DNA of 64,000 nt from positions 64,001-128,000 of the forward strand of contig JBITAJ010000018.1 of assembly GCA_044440125.1 (NCBI GenBank). The letters run 5' to 3'. The stretch comes from Sedimentisphaeraceae bacterium JB056 (GTDB lineage Bacteria > Planctomycetota > Phycisphaerae > Sedimentisphaerales > Sedimentisphaeraceae). The notes under the pieces are model-generated. The model saw only the letters and a list, made by a program, of their open reading frames with translations. It was not told the origin of the DNA and made no database searches. The position numbers and the translations under genes were made by a program. Shown piece after piece: positions 48,195-57,246 of this stretch. Numbering within the stretch: the stretch's first letter is position 1; every line of letters starts with the position of its first letter.

Positions 48195-48716
48195 TCAATT
48201 TATATCTACAATTAATGTTTCATCTGACAGTATTTTCTTTATATCAAATAGGATTATACCGTCAGTCGTTATTGCTTTTATCCAGCCTTTTTTATTCATT
48301 TTTTCCAGGTTGGCTGTGTTATTTTGTATTTCCGATTCGAATAGCTGCTTATTTGACTCTATCTTATCAACATAAAAAGCAAACTCTATCTCGCTATTGC
48401 CTGCAACGATAATTGTTGAGTGTTCATTTGTCTGAACAGAACTGATTCCGTTAAGTGATGCAAAGTTGATTACAGCTACTATTTTGCCGCGTATACTTGA
48501 AATTCCAAGTACATGTGGTGGTGTGCATGGAATGGGAAAGCATCTTGCTGTCTTGGTTATATTGATTACGTATTGACTGTCTATTCCATATAATTGCCCG
48601 TTAATTTTGAATAAAACGGCATTCATGAATTGCTTTGAGTCAGAAATTTCATCGTGTTTTCGTAATGCTAATTTTCTGGCGCGTTCTTTTAGAATATCGT
48701 TTTTATCAACACTCAT
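48195..48716 (-). CDS. cheW: CheW adaptor (WspD-like)
   Basis: [10 protein letters not shown] and [24 protein letters not shown]. Confidence 0.85.
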   Translation of the reverse strand: MSVDKNDILKERARKLALRKHDEISDSKQFMNAVLFKINGQLYGIDSQYVINITKTARCFPIPCTPPHVLGISSIRGKIVAVINFASLNGISSVQTNEHSTIIVAGNSEIEFAFYVDKIESNKQLFESEIQNNTANLEKMNKKGWIKAITTDGIILFDIKKILSDETLIVDIN

Positions 48717-50205
48717 AGTTTTCTCCAATATTACAACAATTCTGGACGAAAAGTTTCAAGTCTTGTTTTGTCAGATCGCGTGTGCCTGAGATTATTTCAT
48801 CATCGTTAAGCCTCTGAGATAATTTAATTGCTACTTGCAGTTTCTTTTCTGCTGATTTTTTGTCACTTTTTAACAGCATTGTTCCCAGAGAGAAGTAAGC
48901 TGCAATATGGTCTGGGGATAAAAATAAAACCTGTTCAAAGCTCTTTTTAGCCTGATCGTTTCTATTCATTGCATTGAGTATGACAGCTTTCTGATAGATA
49001 ATGTCAGTATTTAGCTTGTCTTCTTTTAATGCTGTTTCAATGCATTTCAAAGCATTTTTGAATTGTCCACAGTCTGCGAGTTTTATTGCCAGCTCAAGAT
49101 ATTCGCCGCTTTTGATTTTTATGTTCTTAGCAGTGGTTAGTTTTGATACGGCATCTTCATATTTACCCGAAATCAAAAGGTCAATTATTTCCTTAAGAGA
49201 ACTATGGTTGCTAATATTTTCATTGTTTTTTTTCTCAGCAGAAAGCTTCTTAAGATTGTTTTGTGAAATTTGATAATCAAACTTCTTTTCTGATGATATA
49301 GTTGGAGTTTTTATAGGTGTAGTGTCTACAGAAAGATGTTCTACTGCAGATATGAATAGATCTTCTGAATATAAAGTGTTATTTCTTTTCCTGAAAAAAA
49401 ATAGACCATTATCCTGCACTAACTCAAGATTTGTATCGTTTATTAAAGGAACTTCTGATGGGGCGGTTATTAGCCAGCCGCCAGGTTTCAGAATATTTAA
49501 CAATCGTTCTGTGATCTTGTCGATTTGACTCTGGCTGAAATAGATAAGTACATTACGGCAGAATATTATATCAAGATCATTAAACGGGTACGTTGAGTTA
49601 TGCAGATTGATATTTTGAAAATCAACTATGTTTCTAATTTTGGCAGTCAGTTTGTGATTTTCATTTGGCGCTTTTGTGAAATATTTTTCCAGGTATTTTG
49701 GAGGCATTTCACGGAAAGACCATTCTGTATATTCAGCATTTTTTGCTTGCTTAAGGAAATCGTTGTTTATATCAGAGCCGGTTATTGATACCTGATTTTT
49801 CAAAGTTAGCCCCAATTCATCAAGAACCATTGCGATAGTGTATGGTTCTTGACCGCAAGAACATCCGGCACACCAGACCTTGATCTTTTTGCTGCCGCGC
49901 TTTGTAATATCAGGTATTATCTTGTTTTTGAGTGAGACAAAAGTTTTGTAGTGTCGGAAGAAGTATGATTCTCCAATAGTCAAATGCTTGGCAAATTCCT
50001 CTATATGTGACGAATCAGATGTTTCAAGCAGCCAATTGGCATATTCATCTATGTTTTTGAACCCTGCATCTTCTGCGATATTATTTAGTATTTCAACTAA
50101 ATGTTTCTCGCGTATTTTGGAAAAGGTAGCCCCAAGTTCATCTTCAATATGCCTTATAAGTACATTATATGAGGAATTTGATGTTATTTGCTGTTTGGTG
50201 TTCAT
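48706..50205 (-). CDS. cheR: CheR methyltransferase with C-terminal TPRs (WspC-like)
   Basis: LTIGESYFFR, VWCAGCSCGQEPYTIA, GSDIN, DIIFCRNVLIYF, and TPR-like C-terminus (AKKSFEQVLFLSPDHIAAYFSLG). Confidence 0.92.
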   Translation of the reverse strand: MNTKQQITSNSSYNVLIRHIEDELGATFSKIREKHLVEILNNIAEDAGFKNIDEYANWLLETSDSSHIEEFAKHLTIGESYFFRHYKTFVSLKNKIIPDITKRGSKKIKVWCAGCSCGQEPYTIAMVLDELGLTLKNQVSITGSDINNDFLKQAKNAEYTEWSFREMPPKYLEKYFTKAPNENHKLTAKIRNIVDFQNINLHNSTYPFNDLDIIFCRNVLIYFSQSQIDKITERLLNILKPGGWLITAPSEVPLINDTNLELVQDNGLFFFRKRNNTLYSEDLFISAVEHLSVDTTPIKTPTISSEKKFDYQISQNNLKKLSAEKKNNENISNHSSLKEIIDLLISGKYEDAVSKLTTAKNIKIKSGEYLELAIKLADCGQFKNALKCIETALKEDKLNTDIIYQKAVILNAMNRNDQAKKSFEQVLFLSPDHIAAYFSLGTMLLKSDKKSAEKKLQVAIKLSQRLNDDEIISGTRDLTKQDLKLFVQNCCNIGENYEC

Positions 50206-50208
50206 CTG

Positions 50209-50667
50209 TTAATTGCTTTGAGCTTCTTTGTCTTCAATGAAGTCCAACATTTCTTTTGACAGTATGGTTTCGATAGCCAATTCTATTACGATTTGATTGT
50301 TTATTATTACTGCATCTTCAACTAGCTCAGGTTTAATCTTTATCTGTTCGAAGACCGAATTGCTTTTTTTATACTGATTGGCTATTTCAGGCAGACTGTT
50401 GCAGGCAATAGCAGCTAAATGATTATTGCAGTTAAATATAATAAGAAAATCACTTTGTTTGATCGAGGTTTTGGTTTTGTCGGTAATATATCCGATATCT
50501 ACTACAGGAAGGATTTGTCCGCCGTAGTTTGCAAGCCCCAACAAAGATGAAGGCATTTCTGGATATATCACAAGCTCTACAGCCTGAATCACTCTATGCA
50601 CAAAAAGTGTGTTCAGTGCGAATTTTCCGGATATAACGTCAAATGCTAATAGATCTTTACTGCTCAT
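50209..50667 (-). CDS. cheW: CheW adaptor (WspB-like)
   Basis: YPEMPSSLLGLANYGGQILPVVDI, plus operon context. Confidence 0.75.
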   Translation of the reverse strand: MSSKDLLAFDVISGKFALNTLFVHRVIQAVELVIYPEMPSSLLGLANYGGQILPVVDIGYITDKTKTSIKQSDFLIIFNCNNHLAAIACNSLPEIANQYKKSNSVFEQIKIKPELVEDAVIINNQIVIELAIETILSKEMLDFIEDKEAQSN

Positions 50668-50685
50668 ATTATAACCGCAAAGTTG

Positions 50686-52419
50686 TTACTGAATATATTT
50701 TTTTATGAAAGTTAGTAGTTGCTCACCGGTGAATGGTTTTGGTATGCAATCATTCATTCCGGCCTTGATGCAATCTTTTATGGTATTTTCTGTAGTACTT
50801 GCAGAAGTAGCGATTATTGGTATTGACGAGACTATGGGGTCATGATGGTTACGTATTCTTCTTGTAGCTTCGTAACCATCCATTATTGGCATTACACAAT
50901 CCATCAAGACCATGTTAAAGCGATCCTTCTCGATCTTTTCAAGAGCTTCCTGCCCGTTAGCAGCAAGAGATACTTCACAGCCGAGGATTTCAAGGTTCTT
51001 TGTGGCTACCATCTGGTTAACTTGGTTGTCTTCCGCAAGAAGGATTTTAATCCCCTTGGCTGCGTTTTTAACATCAAGAGTTGGGGTTGTGTTAAAGTCT
51101 GACAGCTCTACTTCGTTTGAATGCTCAAGATTAAGTGTGAAGAAAAAACGTGTACCTTTGCCAGGTTCGCTGACGACTTGAAGGTTGCCGCCCATAAGTT
51201 CGACAAGTTGTTTGCTTATGGCCAATCCGAGTCCTGTTCCTTGTGTCGAATTGCTTGTAGCTTTCCCTATTTGTGCAAACCTGTCAAATATTTTGTTAAT
51301 ATGTTCAGGCTCCATTCCTATGCCCGTATCTGAGACACAAAAATGGTAAATATTCATGTTTTTGCCTGCGGGATCAGCCTTTACCGACACTGAAATCGTG
51401 CCTTTTTCGGTGAATTTAACAGCATTATTTACCAGATTGTTTATGATTTGTGTCAATCGGACATCGTCACTTCTGACATGTTCTCTGAGTTTCTCGTCAA
51501 AAAAGAAACAGAAAGAGATATCTTTTTCTGTTGCTGAGTTTTTATTGAGTTCAACAACTTCGTAAATCACTTCCCTTAAATTCATTGGAACTTTTTCGAG
51601 TGTCAGAGAACCAGATTCTATCTTAGAGATGTCAAGGATATCATTTACTATCCTGTCAAGCGATTTTGTGCAGGCATTCATGATATCAATATATCTTGTT
51701 TGTTCGCTGCTCAGACCTGTCTTTTTTATCAGTTCGATTGTCCCTCTAAGCCCGCTCATCGGCGTTCTTATTTCGTGGCTTACAGTTGAAAGAAATTCGT
51801 CTTTAGACCTTGATGCCTGCTGCATTTTTATTTGAGCATCTTCTGCTTCCTCTTTGGCTTTTCTGAGATTTCTTTCTGTTTTTCGTAATGTCTCTAAGTT
51901 TTTTTCTAATTGTCTTTTCTTCGTTAGTGCAAGCTCATATGAAGATAAAAATAAACCCAATATTTGCGATTGTTCTGCATTAATATTGTATTGTTTTCCA
52001 CCCATCACCATAGTGAAGCCTACTGTAGGCGTTATAGTACGGAATTTTGAGTTAGAAATTATGCTTGCAAGTCGGCTGAGAAGAAACTCTTGTTCAAATG
52101 GCTTAGGAATGAAATTGTCGGCTCCGCAATTCAATCCCTCTATTATATCATCAGGGTCACTCAGCGAAGATACTAATACAACAGGCAGGTGGCTGAATTC
52201 TGGATATTTACGAATGTTCCGGCATAACTCGTAGCCATTCATACCAGGCATAACAATATCAGTTATTACTACATCTGGCTTGAATTCATTCAGCATTTCA
52301 AAAGCCTTAGCGCCATTCTGAGCGCAAGCGACAACATAGTTATTCTCTTCAAGTATGTACTTAAGCTCAGTTGCTTGAGTTATGCTGTCCTCAGCTATTA
52401 ATATTCGGTGATTGTCCAT
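50686..52419 (-). CDS. Cytoplasmic hybrid histidine kinase REC-HisKA-HATPase-REC
   Basis: N-REC (AEDS...TDIVMP...KP), FLSTVSHEIRTPM, NLVNNAVKFT, DTGIG, GTGLGL, C-REC (AEDN...MDCVMP...KP). Confidence 0.92.
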   Translation of the reverse strand: MDNHRILIAEDSITQATELKYILEENNYVVACAQNGAKAFEMLNEFKPDVVITDIVMPGMNGYELCRNIRKYPEFSHLPVVLVSSLSDPDDIIEGLNCGADNFIPKPFEQEFLLSRLASIISNSKFRTITPTVGFTMVMGGKQYNINAEQSQILGLFLSSYELALTKKRQLEKNLETLRKTERNLRKAKEEAEDAQIKMQQASRSKDEFLSTVSHEIRTPMSGLRGTIELIKKTGLSSEQTRYIDIMNACTKSLDRIVNDILDISKIESGSLTLEKVPMNLREVIYEVVELNKNSATEKDISFCFFFDEKLREHVRSDDVRLTQIINNLVNNAVKFTEKGTISVSVKADPAGKNMNIYHFCVSDTGIGMEPEHINKIFDRFAQIGKATSNSTQGTGLGLAISKQLVELMGGNLQVVSEPGKGTRFFFTLNLEHSNEVELSDFNTTPTLDVKNAAKGIKILLAEDNQVNQMVATKNLEILGCEVSLAANGQEALEKIEKDRFNMVLMDCVMPIMDGYEATRRIRNHHDPIVSSIPIIATSASTTENTIKDCIKAGMNDCIPKPFTGEQLLTFIKKYIQ

Positions 52420-52470
52420 ACGCCTCACAAAAATGTACCATTCATAACTTAAACACTACAAACCCGGAGC

Positions 52471-52499
52471 ATTATAGATATGACAAAACTCTTTGTCAA
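52471..52499 (-). promoter_or_regulatory. Consensus sigma70 promoter of the chemosensory operon with overlapping palindrome
   Basis: Minus strand reads TTGACA-N17-TATAAT exactly. TGACAAA-N4-TTTGTCA (52481-52498) overlaps the -35 and spacer. Confidence 0.75.
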
Positions 52500-52665
52500 G
52501 GTGAAAATAGCACATTTGTGGCATATAATATGACGCTAAATCATATTGTCCTTGAATTTTACTTAACTTCAAATACAATATGTTGAACGTTTTCAGGTAA
52601 CTTATTTATACTATTGGTTTGCATTAATGTTATGACCGTTCTAAGTATCGGGTTTAGCTATAGTA

Positions 52666-53442
52666 ATGGAAAATATTAAAGACGACATAGATAACCGGCA
52701 GCAGCCTGTTGAGACTGAAGTTGACGCTCAGGATATGAGTTCTGAGACCGGTCTCAATGTGACTGTTGATGAAGATGATTTAGAAGGGCAGGAAGACTCG
52801 CCTATTGAGGATACTGCGACTGAAGAATCTGAGATAGATGCTTCTTCTGATCAGGAAGAACAAATTCCCGAATGGGTGCCGGAAATAGATGAAGAGTTTC
52901 TTGAAGAAGATAGTCCTGAACCTACAATAGAGTCGGTGATTGAGGCCATACTTTTCACTACTGATGAACCGGTAACGCCGGTTAGAATGGTTAAGATAGC
53001 GGACCTTAGCAGTGCAAAACAAGTTACTGATGCTGTAAAACTTCTAAATGAAAGATATGAACAGGCTAATTCAGCATTCCGAATTGAGAAAATAGCTGGT
53101 GGCTATCAAATGCTGACTCATAAGATCTATAATAATTGGCTTCGTAGATTAATCAGGGTCAGAACAGAAACGAAACTTACTCAGGCATCATTGGAGACTC
53201 TTGCTATTATTGCTTATAAGCAGCCAGTTATTAGAGCTGATGTTGAAGCTATACGAGGAGTTTCATCGGGTGAGATGATCAGGGGGCTTATGAGTAAGGG
53301 TTTGGTTAAGATTGCGGGAAGAGCGGAAGTTCTTGGTCGCCCTATGCAGTACGGCACAACGCGGAAATTTCTTGAAAATTTTGGGTTGAATTCACTTCGC
53401 GATTTGCCAAAAGCGGATGAACTTAAGAAGCCGAGAGATTAA
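52666..53442 (+). CDS. scpB: SMC-Scp complex subunit ScpB with acidic N-terminal extension
   Basis: IEAILF....PV, IAGGYQM, LTQASLETLAIIAYKQPV.RADVEAIRGV, GRPMQYGTT..FL..FGL.SL.DLP. Confidence 0.93.
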   Translation: MENIKDDIDNRQQPVETEVDAQDMSSETGLNVTVDEDDLEGQEDSPIEDTATEESEIDASSDQEEQIPEWVPEIDEEFLEEDSPEPTIESVIEAILFTTDEPVTPVRMVKIADLSSAKQVTDAVKLLNERYEQANSAFRIEKIAGGYQMLTHKIYNNWLRRLIRVRTETKLTQASLETLAIIAYKQPVIRADVEAIRGVSSGEMIRGLMSKGLVKIAGRAEVLGRPMQYGTTRKFLENFGLNSLRDLPKADELKKPRD

Positions 53443-53466
53443 TAGAAAGGGTAATGGAGGTATCCG

Positions 53467-53952
53467 TTGAGCGAATTTTCACAGCAAAGCATTAGAGCGA
53501 AGATTATTGAAAGGCTCAAGACCAGGTCGAATTCTATCAAATTCAATATGACACCGATGATTGATATTGTTTTCCTGTTGCTTGTGTTTTTTCTTGCCAC
53601 AGCGAGATTTCGACCCTTGGAATCAAAATTACCTTTGCAGTTGCCGGCTCCTCAAGGAGGTCAATTAGCCAGTTTCTCACTTGTTGAACCTTTGACTATC
53701 AATATAGATTCTCAGGGCCAGGGGCTTATGATAACTATAGAAGGGACAGAGTTTGCATACCAAAACGCAGACCCTGCTTCTTTCATTAATTTTGGTGAGC
53801 AGCTGGCGGATATCTATGAATCGCAAAAAAGAAATACCGCTGATCCTGTAGAACTTGATTGTGGTGCTGAACTTTCCTGGGAACATCTTGTTAAATTTTA
53901 TAACCTTATGTATGGTATGGGAATTACGAATATAACATTCGTTACGGATTAA
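53467..53952 (+). CDS. exbD: ExbD/TolR-family biopolymer transport protein
   Basis: FNMTPMIDIVFLLLVFFL transmembrane motif with conserved Asp. Confidence 0.8.
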   Translation: MSEFSQQSIRAKIIERLKTRSNSIKFNMTPMIDIVFLLLVFFLATARFRPLESKLPLQLPAPQGGQLASFSLVEPLTINIDSQGQGLMITIEGTEFAYQNADPASFINFGEQLADIYESQKRNTADPVELDCGAELSWEHLVKFYNLMYGMGITNITFVTD

Positions 53953-56073
53953 GTGATGAGGAAAATACTGCTTTTACTTTTTTGTCTTTTGAGTATCTCT
54001 GTCTTTGCTGATAAGGCTGAAAATACAAAATTACCTAATGAAAATACCCTTGGCATTCTCCGTGACAGGGCTTCTGATGCTTGGGCACGGTTTGAGTCTA
54101 AATCATTTTTACCTTTAGTTGATTATTATTTTTATTCAAGTTTCAGTCAGCAGCAGCATCGGAAAGAGCTCGAAAACCTTACTGTAGAATATGAAAGTAT
54201 CCTTACTGATATATATAATGAGCAGGCAAGTTATACCAGTCGAATAGAAGAATATGAAGGGGATGACTGGGATCTGCGTTTTGGTAAAAATGCATTATGG
54301 CGAAAATTCAATTCTCTTGAAAATCAAACATTGTATCTTATTGCCAAGTGCTTGTATTACAGACTATTATGTGTTGAAAGTGATCAGTTTGAAGATTTGG
54401 CTCAAGCTATCCTCGAAAAATGCGGCACAATAGAGGGCGGAATTAATGACTTGTTTCGTGATATGCTTGAGGCGCGTGTCTACATGCTTATACGCGAAAG
54501 TGATGAAGGTTATTACGACCAGATATTTAAAAGGCTCGACAAAGTCGAAATGGAAATGAGCTCTGATACTGCACTTTATTATGAAATGTGGATGTGCAGG
54601 CTTGAACTTCTCAAACCTTTTAGTCTTACGCAGTTAAATAGGATAATTGATAATTTCAAAGATTCTGATCAAGTTGACAATATGGTTCTTGCGATGAGAC
54701 TTGCTTTTCTGCAGAAAAAAGCAGGCCAAACTTCATTACTTGAATATAATCTCGAGAAATGGCCTCAGCTTGCGGCTTTAGTTGCAAGCATGCTTTACGA
54801 AAAGGCTGATTCAGAACTTGATAAAGCTAATGCTACAAATCATATAAGTTCTTTGACTCATTATGAGAAGCAGTTGCTTGCATGGGCCTCTTTGGATAAA
54901 GACAATCCTAAGCTTGACGTTTTGATTGCTTCCTTCGGTATTGGTCAGGATCGTGCCGATAGAGTCATAAGTTATGTTGCTGCTGTTAAAAATGCCGAGG
55001 ATAATCCAGAATTAGCGGTAGAGGCAGCAATGAACGCATTGTCAAAGCCTGCATATGACAGGAATGTATTTTCAGATATTAATGATCTTGAAGTGCTGAA
55101 AATTGCGACAAAAGCTGGCTTTCTGCTTATCGATAAAAAGGACTACACTGATAAGATCATTGATATATTCGATCGATATAAGAAGCTTGCAGGTGATAAT
55201 GCAATTGAGGAGTTGGTGTTCGCTTATTCTGTGAAGATGAAGAATCTCAGGGGGCAAAAAGCGACAGCATTGTTGAATGAGATACATGAAAATGGTGGAG
55301 AGTTTGCGGATAAGGCACTTTTCGAAATTCTTGTCAGTCAATTTAATGATGATAAGGATATTTCTGGCAGTATTGAGCAGCTTTATAGTAGAAGCCAAAC
55401 GGCTGATATTGTTTTTCTTACCGATGTAACAGATTTATATTGCAGATATCTTGCTTCCAAGGAAAGATTGCCAAAGGCAGTGCAATTGGTTGCTGAAGGA
55501 TATGAGCAAGGACTTGATTTTGATAGCGGCTGTGGACTTTATGTACTTGAAAAATTCCTTGAGAAGGCAGAGTACTATATACTTCAGGCAAGTGGTGATC
55601 TTGCTAATACAGCAGTCTTCATCTCCGATAAGATAATCAGTGATCAACAGCAAAAGCCTTCAATACAAATTGTGTGTATAGAGACTCAAGTTTTGGCCGG
55701 TCGCGATATTGATTCAATAGGACCAATGCCTGAATATAATGATCAATTTGATACGCTGCAATACTCAAGATCAAAAGCGAGGTACATGTCTTTAGATGGG
55801 CAAAATCATGAAGCTGCTTTTGTGTGGGGTAAAATATCAAGGGCATTGGTTTCGGCATCTCCTTTACCTCTGTGGAGATGGCAGAGAGCTAAATATTATC
55901 AGATTGAATGCAGCTTAAAAAGCGATAAAGTTTCAGACGAGGATCTACTGCATTCTATTGAGGTATTGCAGGCTGATTCTAATTGGAAACAAGGTTACTG
56001 GGCTGATAAGCTTGAAGAAATTAAGCTTGCTTCTGTTAATCAGCAGGAAAGATTTTCTGTTGAGAGTCAATGA
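53953..56073 (+). CDS. Secreted hypothetical alpha-helical (TPR-like) protein
   Basis: 706-aa ORF with signal peptide (VFA) abutting exbD. No recognisable catalytic motif. Confidence 0.55.
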   Translation: MMRKILLLLFCLLSISVFADKAENTKLPNENTLGILRDRASDAWARFESKSFLPLVDYYFYSSFSQQQHRKELENLTVEYESILTDIYNEQASYTSRIEEYEGDDWDLRFGKNALWRKFNSLENQTLYLIAKCLYYRLLCVESDQFEDLAQAILEKCGTIEGGINDLFRDMLEARVYMLIRESDEGYYDQIFKRLDKVEMEMSSDTALYYEMWMCRLELLKPFSLTQLNRIIDNFKDSDQVDNMVLAMRLAFLQKKAGQTSLLEYNLEKWPQLAALVASMLYEKADSELDKANATNHISSLTHYEKQLLAWASLDKDNPKLDVLIASFGIGQDRADRVISYVAAVKNAEDNPELAVEAAMNALSKPAYDRNVFSDINDLEVLKIATKAGFLLIDKKDYTDKIIDIFDRYKKLAGDNAIEELVFAYSVKMKNLRGQKATALLNEIHENGGEFADKALFEILVSQFNDDKDISGSIEQLYSRSQTADIVFLTDVTDLYCRYLASKERLPKAVQLVAEGYEQGLDFDSGCGLYVLEKFLEKAEYYILQASGDLANTAVFISDKIISDQQQKPSIQIVCIETQVLAGRDIDSIGPMPEYNDQFDTLQYSRSKARYMSLDGQNHEAAFVWGKISRALVSASPLPLWRWQRAKYYQIECSLKSDKVSDEDLLHSIEVLQADSNWKQGYWADKLEEIKLASVNQQERFSVESQ

Positions 56074-56084
56074 TTAAAAAAGAC

Positions 56085-56113
56085 TTGCCTGTATCCAGAT
56101 TTTTTGTTACTAT
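56085..56113 (+). promoter_or_regulatory. Putative dapF promoter
   Basis: TTGCCT-N17-TACTAT with extended -10 TG. Confidence 0.45.
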
Positions 56114-56162
56114 CTGAACTTTTATCCGAATTATGCGTTAAACTCTAATAGGGAAAAGAATT

Positions 56163-57032
56163 ATGAAGTTCACAAAGATGCATGGTCTTGGAAATGACTA
56201 TGTTTATGTAAATTGTTTTGAAGAAAATATTGAAGATCCTTCAGCTTTGGCGATAGAGCTCAGTGATCGCCATTTTGGTATTGGCGGCGATGGGCTTATT
56301 CTTATCTGTCCATCAGATATTGCAGATGCTAAAATGCGTATGTTCAATGCAGATGGAAGTGAATCACAGATGTGCGGAAATGGCTTGAGATGTGTGTCAA
56401 AGTATACATTTGATCATAAGCTTGCTGAGCCTGGAACTACTTTCAGTATACCTGGCCAGCCTTCATTCCCTCATTCGCTTAATATTGAAACAGGTAATGG
56501 CATCCTTAAGGTTGGTATTATGCCTGGTGAAGATGGAATGGCAGAGCAGATATGCGTTAATATGGGGCAACCTGTATTAAATGGCCCTGATATTCCGGTT
56601 GCAATCGAATCAAATCCGGTTGTTGATGTTGAATTTGGTACAGATGATTTTGCTTCACCGATGACTTGCGTTTCTATGGGAAATCCTCATGTTGTATTCT
56701 TTTGTGATGATGTCGAAGGACTTGATCTTGATAAAATAGGCCCTGCGATAGAAAATCATCCTTTATTTCCAGAAAGGATTAATGCTCATTTTGTAAAGGT
56801 TCTGGCTCCTGATGAGTTTGTTATGCGGACTTGGGAGCGGGGCTCCGGTATAACTTTGGCATGTGGAACAGGTGCTTGTGCATGCTGCGTTGCTGCGGTT
56901 CTCAACGGAAAATGCCAAAGGGCTGTTTTAGCTCATTTGCCTGGTGGCGATCTTACGCTTAATTGGTGCCAGGAGGATAACTGTGTGTATATGACCGGGC
57001 CGGCGACAGAAGTTTTCACTGGTCACATATAA
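56163..57032 (+). CDS. dapF: Diaminopimelate epimerase
   Basis: FTKMHGLGNDY, NADGSESQMCGNGLRC, MGNPH, ERGSGITLACGTGACA. Confidence 0.97.
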   Translation: MKFTKMHGLGNDYVYVNCFEENIEDPSALAIELSDRHFGIGGDGLILICPSDIADAKMRMFNADGSESQMCGNGLRCVSKYTFDHKLAEPGTTFSIPGQPSFPHSLNIETGNGILKVGIMPGEDGMAEQICVNMGQPVLNGPDIPVAIESNPVVDVEFGTDDFASPMTCVSMGNPHVVFFCDDVEGLDLDKIGPAIENHPLFPERINAHFVKVLAPDEFVMRTWERGSGITLACGTGACACCVAAVLNGKCQRAVLAHLPGGDLTLNWCQEDNCVYMTGPATEVFTGHI

Positions 57033-57120
57033 CATTCACATCATAATGAAAAAAAAAGAGAAAATAGCATTTTTCCCCTTGAAATAATTCAATAAATTGC
57101 TAATATTTCTCACTCGTGCT

Positions 57121-57191
57121 TGGGGTATAGTGTAACGGTAGCACGACTGACTCTGGCTCAGTTAGTTGGGGTTCGAATCCCTGTACCCCAG
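57121..57191 (+). tRNA. tRNA-Gln (anticodon CTG), CCA not encoded
   Basis: Acceptor TGGGGTA/TACCCCA, D-arm GTG..CAC, anticodon arm ACTGA-CTCTGGC-TCAGT, T-loop GTTCGAATCC. Upstream TTGAAA-N16-TAATAT promoter. Confidence 0.93.
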
Positions 57192-57193
57192 TT

Positions 57194-57233
57194 AAAAAGC
57201 CCGCATCTTAATTAAAAGACGCGGGCTTTTTTT
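57194..57233. terminator. Bidirectional intrinsic terminator (tRNA-Gln / tex)
   Basis: AAAAAGCCCGC.TCTT...AAGA.GCGGGCTTTTTTT. Confidence 0.88.
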
Positions 57234-57246
57234 ATTGTTTCATCAT

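Noticed and set aside
57121..57246. tRNA-Gln as a possible integration site
   Set aside because: No integrase and no duplicated tRNA 3' end seen; it is flanked by housekeeping genes.
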